Shown: positions 1 through 11,889 of the stretch, one piece after another | Layout: each line of letters opens with the position of its first letter | Numbering within the stretch: position 1 is the stretch's first letter | Source of the DNA: Eledone cirrhosa | Taxonomy: Eukaryota | Length of the DNA stretch: 64,000 nt | NCBI GenBank assembly: GCA_964016885.1 | Contig: OZ024755.1 | Location: 6,386,001 to 6,450,000, forward strand | Direction: 5' to 3' | The notes under the pieces: generated by a model | What the model saw: the letters and a program-made list of their open reading frames with translations, nothing else | The model's database searches: none | What the model was told of the DNA's origin: nothing | Made by a program: the position numbers and the translations under genes

Positions 1-328
1 AACGAGAACAACAATAACGAGAACAGCAACAACGTCAAACAACAACAACAGTAACAACGTCAACAACAACAACAACAACGACAACAACGTCAACAACAAC
101 AACAACGTCAACGACAACAACAACGTCAACAATAACAACGACGTCAACATCGACACCAACGACAACAACGTCAACAATAACAACGACAACAGCAACAACG
201 ACAACAGCAACGACAACAGCAACAACAACAACGACACCAACAACAACGACACCAACAACAACGACACCAACAACAACGACACCAACAACAACGACACCAA
301 CAACACCAACGTCAACAACACCAACGTC

Positions 329-362
<34 letters not shown>

Positions 363-530
363 CCGACAGCAACGAGAACAAGAGCACTTGCTATGTTCAT
401 TATATGCAGGATGTGAAGCAGCCATACAGAAGTAGCAGCATCAGCAGTAACAGCATCCGCAGCAGCAGAAGCAACAACAGCAACAACAGAAGCAGCAACT
501 GCAACAGTCATAGCAATAGCAACAACAGCA
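1..530. repeat. Degenerate (AAC)n/(ACG)/(AGC) trinucleotide low-complexity tract
   Basis: Continuous aac/acg/agc triplets; explains the poly-Val ORF 35..511. Confidence 0.9.
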
Positions 531-1161
531 GCTTATCTCATGCAATCGAAATGCAATATCGATGAATCAACTTTGAAAATAATTTGACTTATCTGTAAAG
601 AGAAATTAGGTTGACAGTGAAGTCATTAGCTTCCCAATCTGTTTCTATGGCAAGTAACGACATTATCGAGAAGTGATCGGGTGCTTTAGATGTGTGAGAC
701 TTATTTGAGTGGAGGCTGGCTTATGTGAGTAAAGTAGGAGTGACACAGATCTAGAATTATATACTGGAGAATGAGAGAGGGGAGGAGAGAGATGAGTGGG
801 GAACTATTTATGAGTGTGACCTTCGTAAGGTAGATAAAAAGAGTAGGTAATAAGAGAGAAGGGGAGGGTAGTGTGAGAAGCAGTGAAAGTGAGAGAGATA
901 GGGGAAGCAGTGAAATAGAGGGGGGGGAGAGAAAGTGTGGGAAGTAGATAGTATGGCTTTTGTTATTTAGCCCCAAGTCAACCTATTTATCCTGATGTGA
1001 TCAAATGTTTTACGGTTGTGACAGATCTTCGAGCTGAGTAAGGCTTTGAGGTGAGTAAAAGTGACAACCATCGCGACTAAGAAAGAGATAACGGTGAGTG
1101 AGGAACCGCGTATGATGCTGATGATGGTGGTCGTGGTCGTACTGCTGCTTCTGATGCTGAT

Positions 1162-1325
1162 ATTGTTTCTACTTTTGGCACGAGGTCAGCAATTAAACCA
1201 GTGTATTACTGGTACTTTATTTTATCGACCTCGTAAGGATGAAAGGCAATGTTAACCTCGGCGGGATTTGAACTCAGGCCCTTTACGTTCTGAGTAAAAA
1301 TCCCGCCGAAGTTAACTTCGCCTTT
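1162..1325 (-). mobile_element. SINE family 1 (tRNA head, Nin/Deu-like core), partial copy with an inverted fragment
   Basis: Minus copy 1162-1278 (core reads gccgaggttaac..tgcctttcatccttacgaggtcgataaaataaagtaccag), then a plus-strand fragment 1279-1325. Confidence 0.85.
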
Positions 1326-2207
1326 GCTGATGCTGATGATGATGATGAAGCTGATGACGATAACTATGAAAAACATATATAGAAAAATAAAACGAAATAA
1401 ATATGACTGTAAAAGAAATGAAGCGAATAAAATAATATCAATATTAATAATTTGTGGCCTTATGCCAATGTTGAAGATCGATATTATTATTAGTGGATTG
1501 GCAATATTGATATTTAGTTACGTCATTTTGCTTTCTTGGATCAATTACGAGCGAGATCGAATATAATTCTGCATCGTTTCGAGAACTCGACAATTTAAGT
1601 GAAATCAAAGCAGTGGGTTCGATTCAATCAGTAATGCACGACATTACATTGTCTTGTGCCTCTCAGAAATCATTATAGACATGGCATCAAGACCGATAGG
1701 TTAGCAGCGAAAATGGTGATTGAATATGTCTTCGACCTGAAACACGACAGACACATTCATTTTTCAGATATAAGGTGTCTAGTCTCAGACACTAGGCAGT
1801 GAATTAGCAGAATCATTAGAATCTAGCACTGAATGATTCTCATTATTTCTTCCATCTTTCTGTCCTCTGAATTCAAAGAAAGGTGAGGTCAGATTTACCT
1901 TCCGTCCTTTCAAGATTGATAAACGAAGAAACAGTCTAATTGAGAGAGAGAGAGAGAAAGAGAGAGAGAGAATAAATGATGAATCCAGCACTAGACTGAT
2001 AATTCATTTATCGATCCCTAATGTGTAGTTGGTATGTGAATTTAAATCACAGGGAGCCGGAACAAATGCCGCAAGCCATTCTATACAAAGCTCTAACAAT
2101 TGCAACAATTTGCCGCATTGGAAACACACACACCCCCACACACATCCCTCTGAGTGAATACTTCCTTCACTTTGGATAGATCGATATATGCCCTTCTCGG
2201 TCACTTT

Positions 2208-2248
<41 letters not shown>

Positions 2249-2250
<2 letters not shown>

Positions 2251-2411
2251 CGAAGAAAGTGTGGTCAGGAACTAGGTGGACCATAACGCACCAGAGTACT
2301 CGATACTATGGGTAGTATAGTGGGTAATAGGAAAAGAATGAGGACCCCGACGGTTGAGCTCCGGCCGTTTCGACAGCTTTCGGATCCAGCTGTCAGAATG
2401 GTCCTGATTCT

Positions 2412-2415
<4 letters not shown>
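2249..2415. mobile_element. Fold-back element family H1 in (TA)n with hammerhead half-motif; probable Penelope-like terminus
   Basis: Matches 9476, 51854, 58812, 60756; minus strand reads GAAACGGC-cggagctca-ACCGTC-ggggtcc; TA tracts on both sides. Confidence 0.75.
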
Positions 2416-2450
<35 letters not shown>

Positions 2451-2704
2451 CACACACATATATATATATATATTGTTATACTTGGGGAGGGTCATATTGT
2501 TGTAATAATATTGCCAGAAATAATAACAGAACACACTCACTGTTTGGTTGGTTTTCGCTTCTGTATCTTTTATATCTCCATAGTTAATTTATTTGGCAAT
2601 CAGTGTTTATCATTGATTGATCAACGGTAAAAAATACAAATATAAATATATATATATAGTCCATGAAAAAAAAATTATATATATATATATATATATATGC
2701 ACAT

Positions 2705-2865
2705 AAACGATGTTATTCAACAGTTTCCATTTACCAAGTTATACTGAATTGCTTTTGTAACCCCCGTCCTATGATAGACACTACATGTGTATAGTGCCAC
2801 ACAGATGGGTCAAACCCGGAGCTATATGATTACGTCGCCAAGATCTTAATCCGACAGCCATGCCA
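2705..2865 (-). mobile_element. SINE family 3 (CORE-like), diverged
   Basis: Reverse complement resembles 60563-60720 (tail ggtaaatggaaactg, tRNA-like head atggctgtcggattaaga). Confidence 0.55.
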
Positions 2866-3890
2866 AACTTCGCTCCAGTTACTCATTCTACTATCGACAT
2901 TCCATTTATATATCTCTATCACATTGCATCTCATTTTACAATTTGGTTTCTTTACCCACCTTCCAACATATGTTGTCTGTATGCCAGATGTATTGATTGT
3001 TAATATATAGACAGCCCTACCTATTTGGATTTGTTAACTTGTCTGCCATTACAGTCTGTTTTCTACCAGTTCACCTCTTATCTAAACGAAGCTGTCTGTC
3101 TAGTCTAGTTTCATTGATGCCTACGTGCGTGTAAGCTTGTCTCTGTGTCTTTTGCTTCACTTCTTGTCATTGTCTCTCCTTATACACCCATACATAAACA
3201 AATTCCGCCTGTCTGCTTTACCAAATTTAAATGACCGCAAACATAAACCAAATCAACTTTCACATCAAACGTCACCACACCCTAATCATTTTTCACGTTT
3301 AAAAGTGCACCAGTACAATTTCTGTCATGACTTGGCTACCTCATGTACTGCATTCATCTCCACTACCACATTCACCAAAACCACCTTCTCCTACTCCTCC
3401 TCAACCATTAGCCACCACCTCCTCATCACTACCAGGTCAGCTGACTCTTTCATGTTCCTAGCTTTAAAACATCAGTTTTTTTTTGTTTAGTTTTGTTTTG
3501 AATTTTATATTTTGCTTATTTCTTTGTAGTTGTCTTCGTATCTGTGGCGTCTGACCGCTGTCTAATTGAAATGTAACATTGAAAGATTTGATGTTTGGGG
3601 AATAAAATTTCAAAAGAATTATTCTTTTGTCTAAAAGCAAAGATTCTTTAAGCAAGCATCTACCTATTGAATATGTCTTGAAGTATTGACGCGGCGTCAT
3701 CCTCACCTGCTAGACATAACATTTCTTTCCTTAGGCACTTCTTTTCCTATGTATCTTATTATGGTCGAATGAATGAGGCGGTCATTTTGGTCAATATCTT
3801 GCAGTAGAAAATGGTATTGATGTATGTATATATATTTATATTTTTGTTATGTTATTACATTAGACATTTAAACACGATATTCCTCGGTGT

Positions 3891-3925
<35 letters not shown>

Positions 3926-4545
3926 AAGATACTGTTATATCTACATCCTTAAACTGACAGTTGCAAAGTAATAACCCTAGAGGCAAATTCGTATTAACCA
4001 TATTGAAGAACTAAACAGCCGCAATCTTATTCATTCTACAAACAAAACCAGGCAGTGGAGGATACAATGTATGGTAGGAAATGAAACAGCACAATAATGA
4101 TTGTGAACCCGTATAGTTTACAGTTGGCGCCTTTGCCTCACGATTGCAAGGTCATAGGTTCGATTCCAGTGGTGCGTTATGAAATTGAGGAAGACAATAT
4201 ATATAACTTTCCCTCTCTTTTCTTTGCTGGAAAAATACACCAGGTATGTCACAGAAATCTTTCTGGGAATTAATATAAGATAAGCCACACATATCTGTGG
4301 GATGTTCAGGCAATAGTACACTAATTTGCCGAGTAGGGATTTTCATCTCTCAATTTGGAGAAGTAGTAGCTCTAATTGGGTGACTCTCTGCTCTCCGAGC
4401 TATGCACTATCGAGTAATGTTACTCAAAAGACCCCACGGAGGAACCCTATTTCGGCCGCTTTTATTCGCCATCGCATTCCTTCAGATTGAGCGACCACAG
4501 CATCGATATTACGGGCATGTGAGTGCGTATATATATATATATATA

Positions 4546-4716
4546 AGGAAAAAAGATGAAATCGAAAATGCAACTGGAGAAAAACCACAGACCCTCCATC
4601 TCAATTCTACTTTTGAAAAGCAGAAGAACTGCGAAGCTGGTAAAGGAACCAAATAAATATATTTAAAAAAAAAAAAAAAAGACTCCAGCTGCATTTTCGA
4701 TTTCATATTTTTTCCT
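4546..4716. mobile_element. MITE-like element with 34-bp terminal inverted repeats in (TA)n
   Basis: aggaaaaaagatgaaatcgaaaatgcaactggag (4546-4579) vs ctccagctgcattttcgatttcatattttttcct (4683-4716), two mismatches. Confidence 0.7.
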
Positions 4717-4833
4717 TATATATATATATATCCAGGGAGTGTAACTTGGAGTTACTGTAGGTTCACCCGGGTGAGCACTCAATGTTTAGGTTCACGTAAT
4801 GAAGGAGTAACCAATCGTCCTTGTTATTTTATT

Positions 4834-4889
<56 letters not shown>

Positions 4890-5243
4890 CAAACAAATGA
4901 ATATACTAATGATAGAAGATCTTCCAATTCTGATGTTTAGTAAGAAGATAATGCTTATCTCTTCTTCGTACATTTAGAATTTAGCAACAGAACACATGTA
5001 CTTAAAAACGACAACAGCAACAGAAGGAAAAAAAAATCTCAGATAAAGAACAAGAAATAAACACACTATCATCAGTAGTAGTAGTAATAGTAGTAGTAGT
5101 AGTGATGATAATCATCATAATGGCAATAAACTGATAATGACTAGAATGAGGATAATAATTGCAATACTAATGATAATTTTGGGGATGGTGATGATAATTG
5201 TGATAGCTTTATTATTTTCGTAATTTTAATGACCAACTATAAT

Positions 5244-5420
5244 AATAATTGTTTCTACTTTAGGCACAAGGCCAGCAATATATCCCCAGTGTATTACTGG
5301 TACTTTATTTTATCGACCCCGTAAGGATAAAAGGCAAAGCTAACCTTAGCGGGATTTGAACTCAGAACATAAAGGGCCGTAATAAATCATGGCGTCCAAC
5401 CCTCTAGCGATACTGCCAAT
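5244..5420 (-). mobile_element. SINE family 1
   Basis: Near full-length match to other copies; B box gagttcaaatccc on minus. Confidence 0.9.
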
Positions 5421-5774
5421 AGTAATAATAAAGACGAAGATGATGGCTGTTATAGTTATGGTAATGATGATGATGATGATACCACCACCACCACCACCAA
5501 CGACACCACCACCAACAACGACACCACCAACACCAACAACTAACAGAACAATATCAACAATATTTGGTATATTTTATTTTACGAGTTATGTTTTTGTTGA
5601 GTTTGTAAGTTTTTTGTTGCATTTTTCTTTGTTTTTCTTACTACATTTTCCTACGTCTATGAAAGAAGAATTTAAGAATGTATGGTCTATCTTGAAAAAG
5701 ATAGACATAAGCCTTGTTGGCAGCGACTTAAGAAACATACAGAACATACAGAAGCATGGATTCCCAATCTTGTA

Positions 5775-6150
5775 GAGAGAGGGAGGAGTGAGAGGGGAGG
5801 TGAGAGGTGAAGAGAGAAGGAGTGAAAGGGGAGGTGAGAGGTGAAGAGAAAGAGGGTGAGAGGAGAAGAGAAAGGGGGTGAGAGGAGAAGAGAAAGGGGG
5901 TGAGAGGGGAAGAGAAAGGGGGTGAGAGGGGAAGAGAAAGAGGGTGAGAGGAGAAGAGAAAGAGGGTGAGAGGAGAAGAGAAAGAGGGTGAGAGGAGAAG
6001 AGAAAGAGGGTGAGAGGAGAAGAGAAAGGGGTGAGAGGGGAAGAGAAAGGGGTGAGAGGGGAAGAGAAAGGGGTGAGAGGGGAAGAGAAAGGGGGTGGGA
6101 GCGGAAGAGAGAGGGGGTGAGAGGGTAAGAGAGGGGGAAGAGAGAGAGAT
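5775..6150. repeat. Purine-rich ~22-bp minisatellite
   Basis: Repeated agagggtgagaggagaagagaa units. Confidence 0.9.
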
Positions 6151-6194
6151 GCTAAAAATTAGAACGCAACACTACCACCACTGCCACCAGCATC

Positions 6195-6712
6195 AACACT
6201 ATCACCCCCAACACTATCACCCCCAATACTATCACCCCCAACATTATCACCCAACACTATCACCCCAATACTATCACCACCACCAATACTATCACCCCAA
6301 CACTATCACCCCCAACATTATCACCCCCAACATTATCACCCCCAACACGATCACCCCCAACAAGATCACCCCCAATACTATCACCCCCAACACGATCACC
6401 ACCAATGCTACTACCACCAATACTATCACCCCCAACACTATCACCCCCAACACTATCACCCCCAACACTATCACCCCAATACTATCACCCCAATACGATC
6501 ACCACCAATACTATCACCCCCAACACGATCACCCCAACACGATCACCCCCAACACGATCACCCCCAACACGATCACCACCAATGCTACTACCACCAATAC
6601 TATCACCCCCAACACTATCACCCCCAACACTATCACCCCCAACACTATCACCCCCAACACGATCACCACCAATACTATCACCCCCAACACGATCACCCCC
6701 AATACTATCGCC
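6195..6712. repeat. 15-bp minisatellite (caacactatcacccc)
   Basis: Dozens of units; explains the TITPN/LSPPT ORFs. Confidence 0.95.
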
Positions 6713-6901
6713 ATCAAAACAACACTAAGTTATTCAACAAGCTCTGATTTCTAAAGAGACGTTTGACATTTTTAGTGAAGAATTTAAGAATTGTGCAGAT
6801 ATGCATTGTTTCACACACATGCATGTACAATGCACATGCATACGCAAACACACACACAGACAGTACACGTATGTATATATGTGTGTATGTGTGCGTATCA
6901 G

Positions 6902-7330
6902 GAGAGATGACCCCTTAGGCGGGATAGATAACCCCTTAGCCTTTGTCAAGGCAGAATTCTAGGAGAAGGAAAACTCTGATATAACACCTGCAACCCTGAT
7001 GGTATCCAATGAAGTTGACTTGTTCTTTTTGGATAAATATCATCTTGGTTAAGAGAGTGGGACTGGCTTTGTGCAGTGCCTTTGCTCACTATAAAAGCTT
7101 CACGGCACAGGCATTGCTTTATATCTGGGATCTCTCTGCCCTTGTCGTCACATGGTACCATGGGCCCAGCGCTATGTGTCAATAATTGTCACAAGTGTAG
7201 TGTTTGTACCAGAGTTTTCAAGTCGCTGGCTGGACTAAAAAGTCACACTCGTTCAGCGCATCGGTAGGGGTTCTCCTACATGGATATAAAGTAGTGGCCG
7301 TACACGAAAACGAGTTGGCAGCCACCAGGT
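6902..7330 (+). mobile_element. Internally deleted (bipartite) RTE-type LINE derivative
   Basis: RTE-like 5' UTR motif ctaggagaaggaaaactctga (6959-6979) joined to a C-terminal C2H2 finger CSVCTRVFKSLAGLKSHTRSAH* ending 7267. Confidence 0.6.
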
Positions 7331-7451
7331 GTGCGTATATATGTGTAGGTATATACTCAAATACGTGCAAAAATATGCTAAAAGGTACATTTTAGTAGCC
7401 ATTTGTGTAAGTGTATAGTATACAAACTGAAACAAGTGTACACACACACGT

Positions 7452-7487
<36 letters not shown>

Positions 7488-7641
7488 TGTGGGGAGGTGA
7501 GTAGCGTTATAACAATATTAAATTTCGCAAACACTGGAGTTAATGCAATGAGGTAGAAAGACGGAGAGAAATGAAAAGAAATACACACACACAAACATAT
7601 GTATATACATAGACGTGTTTGTTTGTTTGTGTATGTTTGTT

Positions 7642-7673
<32 letters not shown>

Positions 7674-8639
7674 TATATAGAAGAGAGGGAGAAAGGTGGC
7701 TAGGGTAGCGAGAGAGAGAGATTGCTGGAGGGAGTGAGAAAGAAAGGGATGGCTAGAGAGAATGAGAGAGAAAGAAAAAGCAAGCGAGAGCGAGAGAGGG
7801 CGAGAGAGAGAGAATGAGACCCCGAGAGAGAGCGTGAAGAGAGAAAGGGAGATATAATTTGTTCCAAGGGATGATTTCTGCAAATAATATTAATAAATTG
7901 CAATATATGTATTTCTTAAAAAACAATCTAAATATAATTGAAATACTATAATAATACACTAGAGTCTCTTCTGATTCAAAAGTTTCCCTTAAGGTAACCG
8001 ACGTTTCAATAATTCAATCTATTTTTAACTATGTTCGACTGCAGCAATCGCAGCCCGTCTCTTTTAAATTGCTCTATTATTTGCATTTAAAAGCGTCTTC
8101 TGTTTGCTTCTTCGTATCCAGTAAATCTCCGAAGATTTACGATTTTTACATACATCCCAACCGTCATCCATGTTTGTAAATGTACTTTGTATGTAGGTTT
8201 GTGTCTAGTTATGTATTTAAGTATTAATGCATTAATATATTTATGTATGGAAAACTCAGCTCCATATATGCATACACACAAACAGACATTTCTATGTGTG
8301 TATATATATATATATACATATATATTTATGTGTATATATATATACATATATATTTATGTGTATATATATATATATATATAGACACATAAATATATATGTA
8401 TTATATACACACACAAACAAATATATATATATACACACACACAAAATTATATGTATATATACACACACACACAAAATGATATGTATATATACACACACAC
8501 ACGTTATATATGTATACATACACACACACACAAATATATATGTATATATATACATACATACATACATACATACATACAGCATAATCCAAATGAATTCTTC
8601 GATCTCAAGAATTTAGCTGCAGAGACATAGCAAGAAATT

Positions 8640-9055
8640 TACGACATTATGGGAGACGATGTACTTGCAAGTATTAATGATTTAAACTTTAACTTAGTTT
8701 AACTCAGATGGTGTTCCATACATCCAGCTTGCAACAATTGTCTCACTGAAACTTTAAAATGTTATTCCAATTGTCAACATATTCCCAGTTCTACTGAAAG
8801 CCCCAACACTAATTCCTATACTCAAACGATATATGGGAGACTGAAGCTAAAAATTCCAGGCTTGTTTCTCTCACGTCAGACACACCTAAAGTACTAGAAT
8901 CTATTGTCCGCTAAATATAATTACTAACCGCTTGGATGATACAGAAAATGGGAAGAGAATACCAGATCGAACTATTACAGTGCCATAATATTACCCTCAA
9001 TAAACTGGCAGAATATACCTTTAATTTCTTCAAGTGTTTGACAAGATTATATTGA
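8640..9055 (+). mobile_element. Highly decayed CR1/L2/Jockey-group LINE reverse transcriptase fragment
   Basis: Hand translation across frameshifts: SDGVP, KAPTLIPILK, NSRLVSLTSDTPKVLESIVR (cf. NYRPISLTS..CKVLESIV), FNFFK/FDKI (cf. LDFSKAFDKV), in the expected order. Confidence 0.65.
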
Positions 9056-9224
9056 ACAGGGAATCATCTGGCTTGCGTTAGTGGTAACACAGGAAAATTA
9101 TGATTATATATTTATATATGTGTACGTATGTGTATGTATGGATATGTGTATGTATGGATATGTGTGTGTATATATATATACATTTCTCTATATGTAAAAT
9201 ATATACATATACACACAAACATAT

Positions 9225-9268
<44 letters not shown>

Positions 9269-9383
9269 GTTTGTGTGTGTGTATATGTATATATGTTTGT
9301 GTGTGTGTATATGTATATATGTTTGTGTGTGTGTATATGTATATATGTTTGTGTGTATATGTATATATTTTACATATAGAGAA

Positions 9384-9430
<47 letters not shown>

Positions 9431-9475
9431 TATCCATACATACACATATCCATACATACACATATCCATACATAC

Positions 9476-9659
9476 AACAAAGAAGGTGTGGTAAGATATC
9501 AGGTGGAACATAACGCACCAGAGTACTCAATACTTAGGGTAGTAGAGTGGGTAATAGGAAAAGAGTCAGGACCCCGATAGCTGAGCTCCGGCCGAATAGT
9601 TCGGATCTATCTGTCGAATCGGCCGGAGCTCAGCCGTCGGGGTCCCGAGTCTTTTCCTA
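9476..9659. mobile_element. Fold-back element family H1
   Basis: Reversed tail, then inverted arms taggaaaagagtcaggaccccg...cggggtcccgagtcttttccta. Confidence 0.8.
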
Positions 9660-9721
9660 CACACATAAATATATATATAAATGGAAAATGGCGAGCCGTG
9701 TTGTTGCAAATATAATATATA

Positions 9722-10011
9722 TAATAAATGAAGAATTAGAAGTAGAAGCCAGGAGTATCCATCATCAGTGGTCTACTAGCCATCATAGATATTTAAGTGT
9801 TTCCATAAGAAAGGTAAAGGAAAGGAGAGGGCTCTATGTAGGCTACAGAGCTATTTAGCTATGTAATAAACAACATAAGACAATTATTCCATTTACCAAA
9901 GGTTTCACGAAGACAGACGAGTTCGACACAGACGTCTGTGTCGAGCTCGTCTGTCTTCGTGAAACCTTTGGTAAATGGAATAATTGTCTTATGTTGTTTA
10001 TTACATAACTA
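9722..10011. mobile_element. Fold-back element family H3: tail plus 156-bp spacerless palindrome with hammerhead half-motif
   Basis: Arms 9856-9933 and 9934-10011, centre gac|gtc; GAAACC-ttt-GGTA at 9961-9973. Confidence 0.7.
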
Positions 10012-10019
10012 TATACACA

Positions 10020-10050
<31 letters not shown>

Positions 10051-10101
10051 TCTCACATATCTATATCTATATGTATGAGTGTGTGTAGTCATGTATGTGT
10101 A

Positions 10102-10137
<36 letters not shown>

Positions 10138-10654
10138 TTTGTTTCATGACCAGAATAAAATCTTGTCCATTACTTATCAAACAGGATGCGGACAAGACAG
10201 CTAAGTAATCTTTATCTCCAATCTTTTTCCAATCAAATTTCTTAAGTTTATCATCTATTGTTAGTTGAATAATATCCTTTATCAGAGTATATAAATATGT
10301 GTATATATCATATATATATATATATATTCATATGTACATATATATATATTCATATGTACTTATGTGTGTCATATATATATATATATATATTCATATATAT
10401 GTGTGTGTGTGTCATATATATATATATATACGTGTGTGTATGTCTGTTTGTGTGTGTGTTTGTGAGTGAGTGTTTGTGAGAGTGTTTGTGAGTGTTTGTG
10501 AGTGTTTGTGAGTGTGTAACCACTAGAGCATTCTTATTTTTATTATTATTACTTTTGTTTTTGCTCTTATTGTTGTATATATTATTATTGATATTTTTTC
10601 TGGCGGTCTGGCAGATAACCAACGTTTAGTAGAATTCCATCTACAACACTGGTA

Positions 10655-10805
10655 ATAACGATTTCAACATTTGGCTCAAGGCCAGAGATTTATATGTGAG
10701 GGCAGAGTCGATTTAATCAACCTCGGTACTTCACTGGTATTTCATTGTTAGCGACTTTATTAAGATTAAAAGAAATAACTACTCCGGACGGATTTGAACT
10801 TTGAA
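10655..10805 (-). mobile_element. Old SINE family 1 copy (long form)
   Basis: Diverged ttggctcaaggccag...gtcgatttaatcaac...actggtatt...ggatttgaact. Confidence 0.6.
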
Positions 10806-10861
10806 CGTCAAGAGATTAAAATAAAATCCATATTTATGTATATGATTATATATTTATATAT

Positions 10862-10907
<46 letters not shown>

Positions 10908-10908
<1 letters not shown>

Positions 10909-11147
10909 TGAAGGCGCGTGGCTTGGTTAGAGCATTGGGCTTGCAATCAAAAGGTTGTGAGTTCAATTCTCGGACCAGGTGATGTGTTGTTTCCTTCAGC
11001 AAGATACTTTATTTCCCGTTGCTCCAATTTACTCAGCTGTAGAAATGAGATGATAGGGACTGGGGTCCCTATCAATAAATCACCCAAGACACCTCCAACG
11101 AGATATACCTAGGAGGAGGCCAACTAAACCTACGTAGGTGTGAGCTG
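10908..11147 (+). mobile_element. SINE family 2 (tRNA head, Meta-like core)
   Basis: Head gtgaaggcgcgtggct..ttagagcattgggcttgcaatc, B box gttcaattc; matches 43640 and 55800 copies. Confidence 0.85.
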
Positions 11148-11166
11148 GCGTCACACACACACACAC

Positions 11167-11207
<41 letters not shown>

Positions 11208-11210
<3 letters not shown>

Positions 11211-11385
11211 GGGTTCAATCAGGGGTAACCACAGTAAGTAAGGTACTCAATACAAAGCAGAGTATATATATATATATGTATAGAAAAGGCTTCCACATGA
11301 CCAGAACTGTTTCATTCGGGAGAAATCATCAGGGCTTCCTGAGGATTTCTCCCGAACGAAACAGTACTAGTCCTGTAGAAGCCTT

Positions 11386-11390
<5 letters not shown>
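11208..11390. mobile_element. Fold-back element family H2 with divergently oriented hammerheads
   Basis: Tail cccgggtt..accacagtaagtaaggtactcaatac shared with 51440; inverted arms 11281-11332 / 11338-11390; TA flanks. Confidence 0.8.
11331..11385 (+). ncRNA. Type I hammerhead ribozyme motif
   Basis: Stem I agggcttc/gaagcctt; core CTGAGGA 11339-11345; stem II ttc-tccc-gaa with closing mismatch; GAAA 11358-11361; stem III acag/ctgt; predicted GUA cleavage after 11377. Confidence 0.8.
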
Positions 11391-11431
<41 letters not shown>

Positions 11432-11433
<2 letters not shown>

Positions 11434-11528
11434 CGAGATACAGATGATGTGATGAACGTGGAGAAGCAAAGATGCTTAGAAAGAGTGGAAAGAAGCATGG
11501 TTCGGTGGATATGGAGAATATCACTGTA
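11432..11528 (+). mobile_element. Short RTE-type RT fragment
   Basis: Translation VMNVEKQRCLERVERSMVRWIWRISL resembles the RTE motif RLER.E..M.RWMCGVSL. Confidence 0.5.
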
Positions 11529-11889
11529 ATATCATGGTGATATCATGGTGGTATCACAGTGATATCGGGAGTGTGATAGACATCGGAATAGAATTTAGAT
11601 AAGGTTATATTAAATAATTCTTTCTCAACTAGAAATCATATTGCATGGAGAAAATTGATCAAACTCGATGTCGTTAGATAGTATGAGAAGAAAATACAAT
11701 AACTTATTGCCATTCTAATGAAGATTGGATTGGAGTGTTGCTTCTTCCTTACCCTGTCGATAAAGGAAGAACTAGGGAAGCACTGCGATGGATTTCTCTC
11801 TCTCCTCTTTCGTGGAAGAAATCACCTTTCTCAGACGCTGAATAGAATGACTTCCCCCTGATGTCATTCGCGAAACGTCGTATTTCACA

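Noticed and set aside
6095-6754. Mucin- or extensin-like ORFs
   Set aside because: 15-bp minisatellite with frame-breaking indels; no splice or coding evidence
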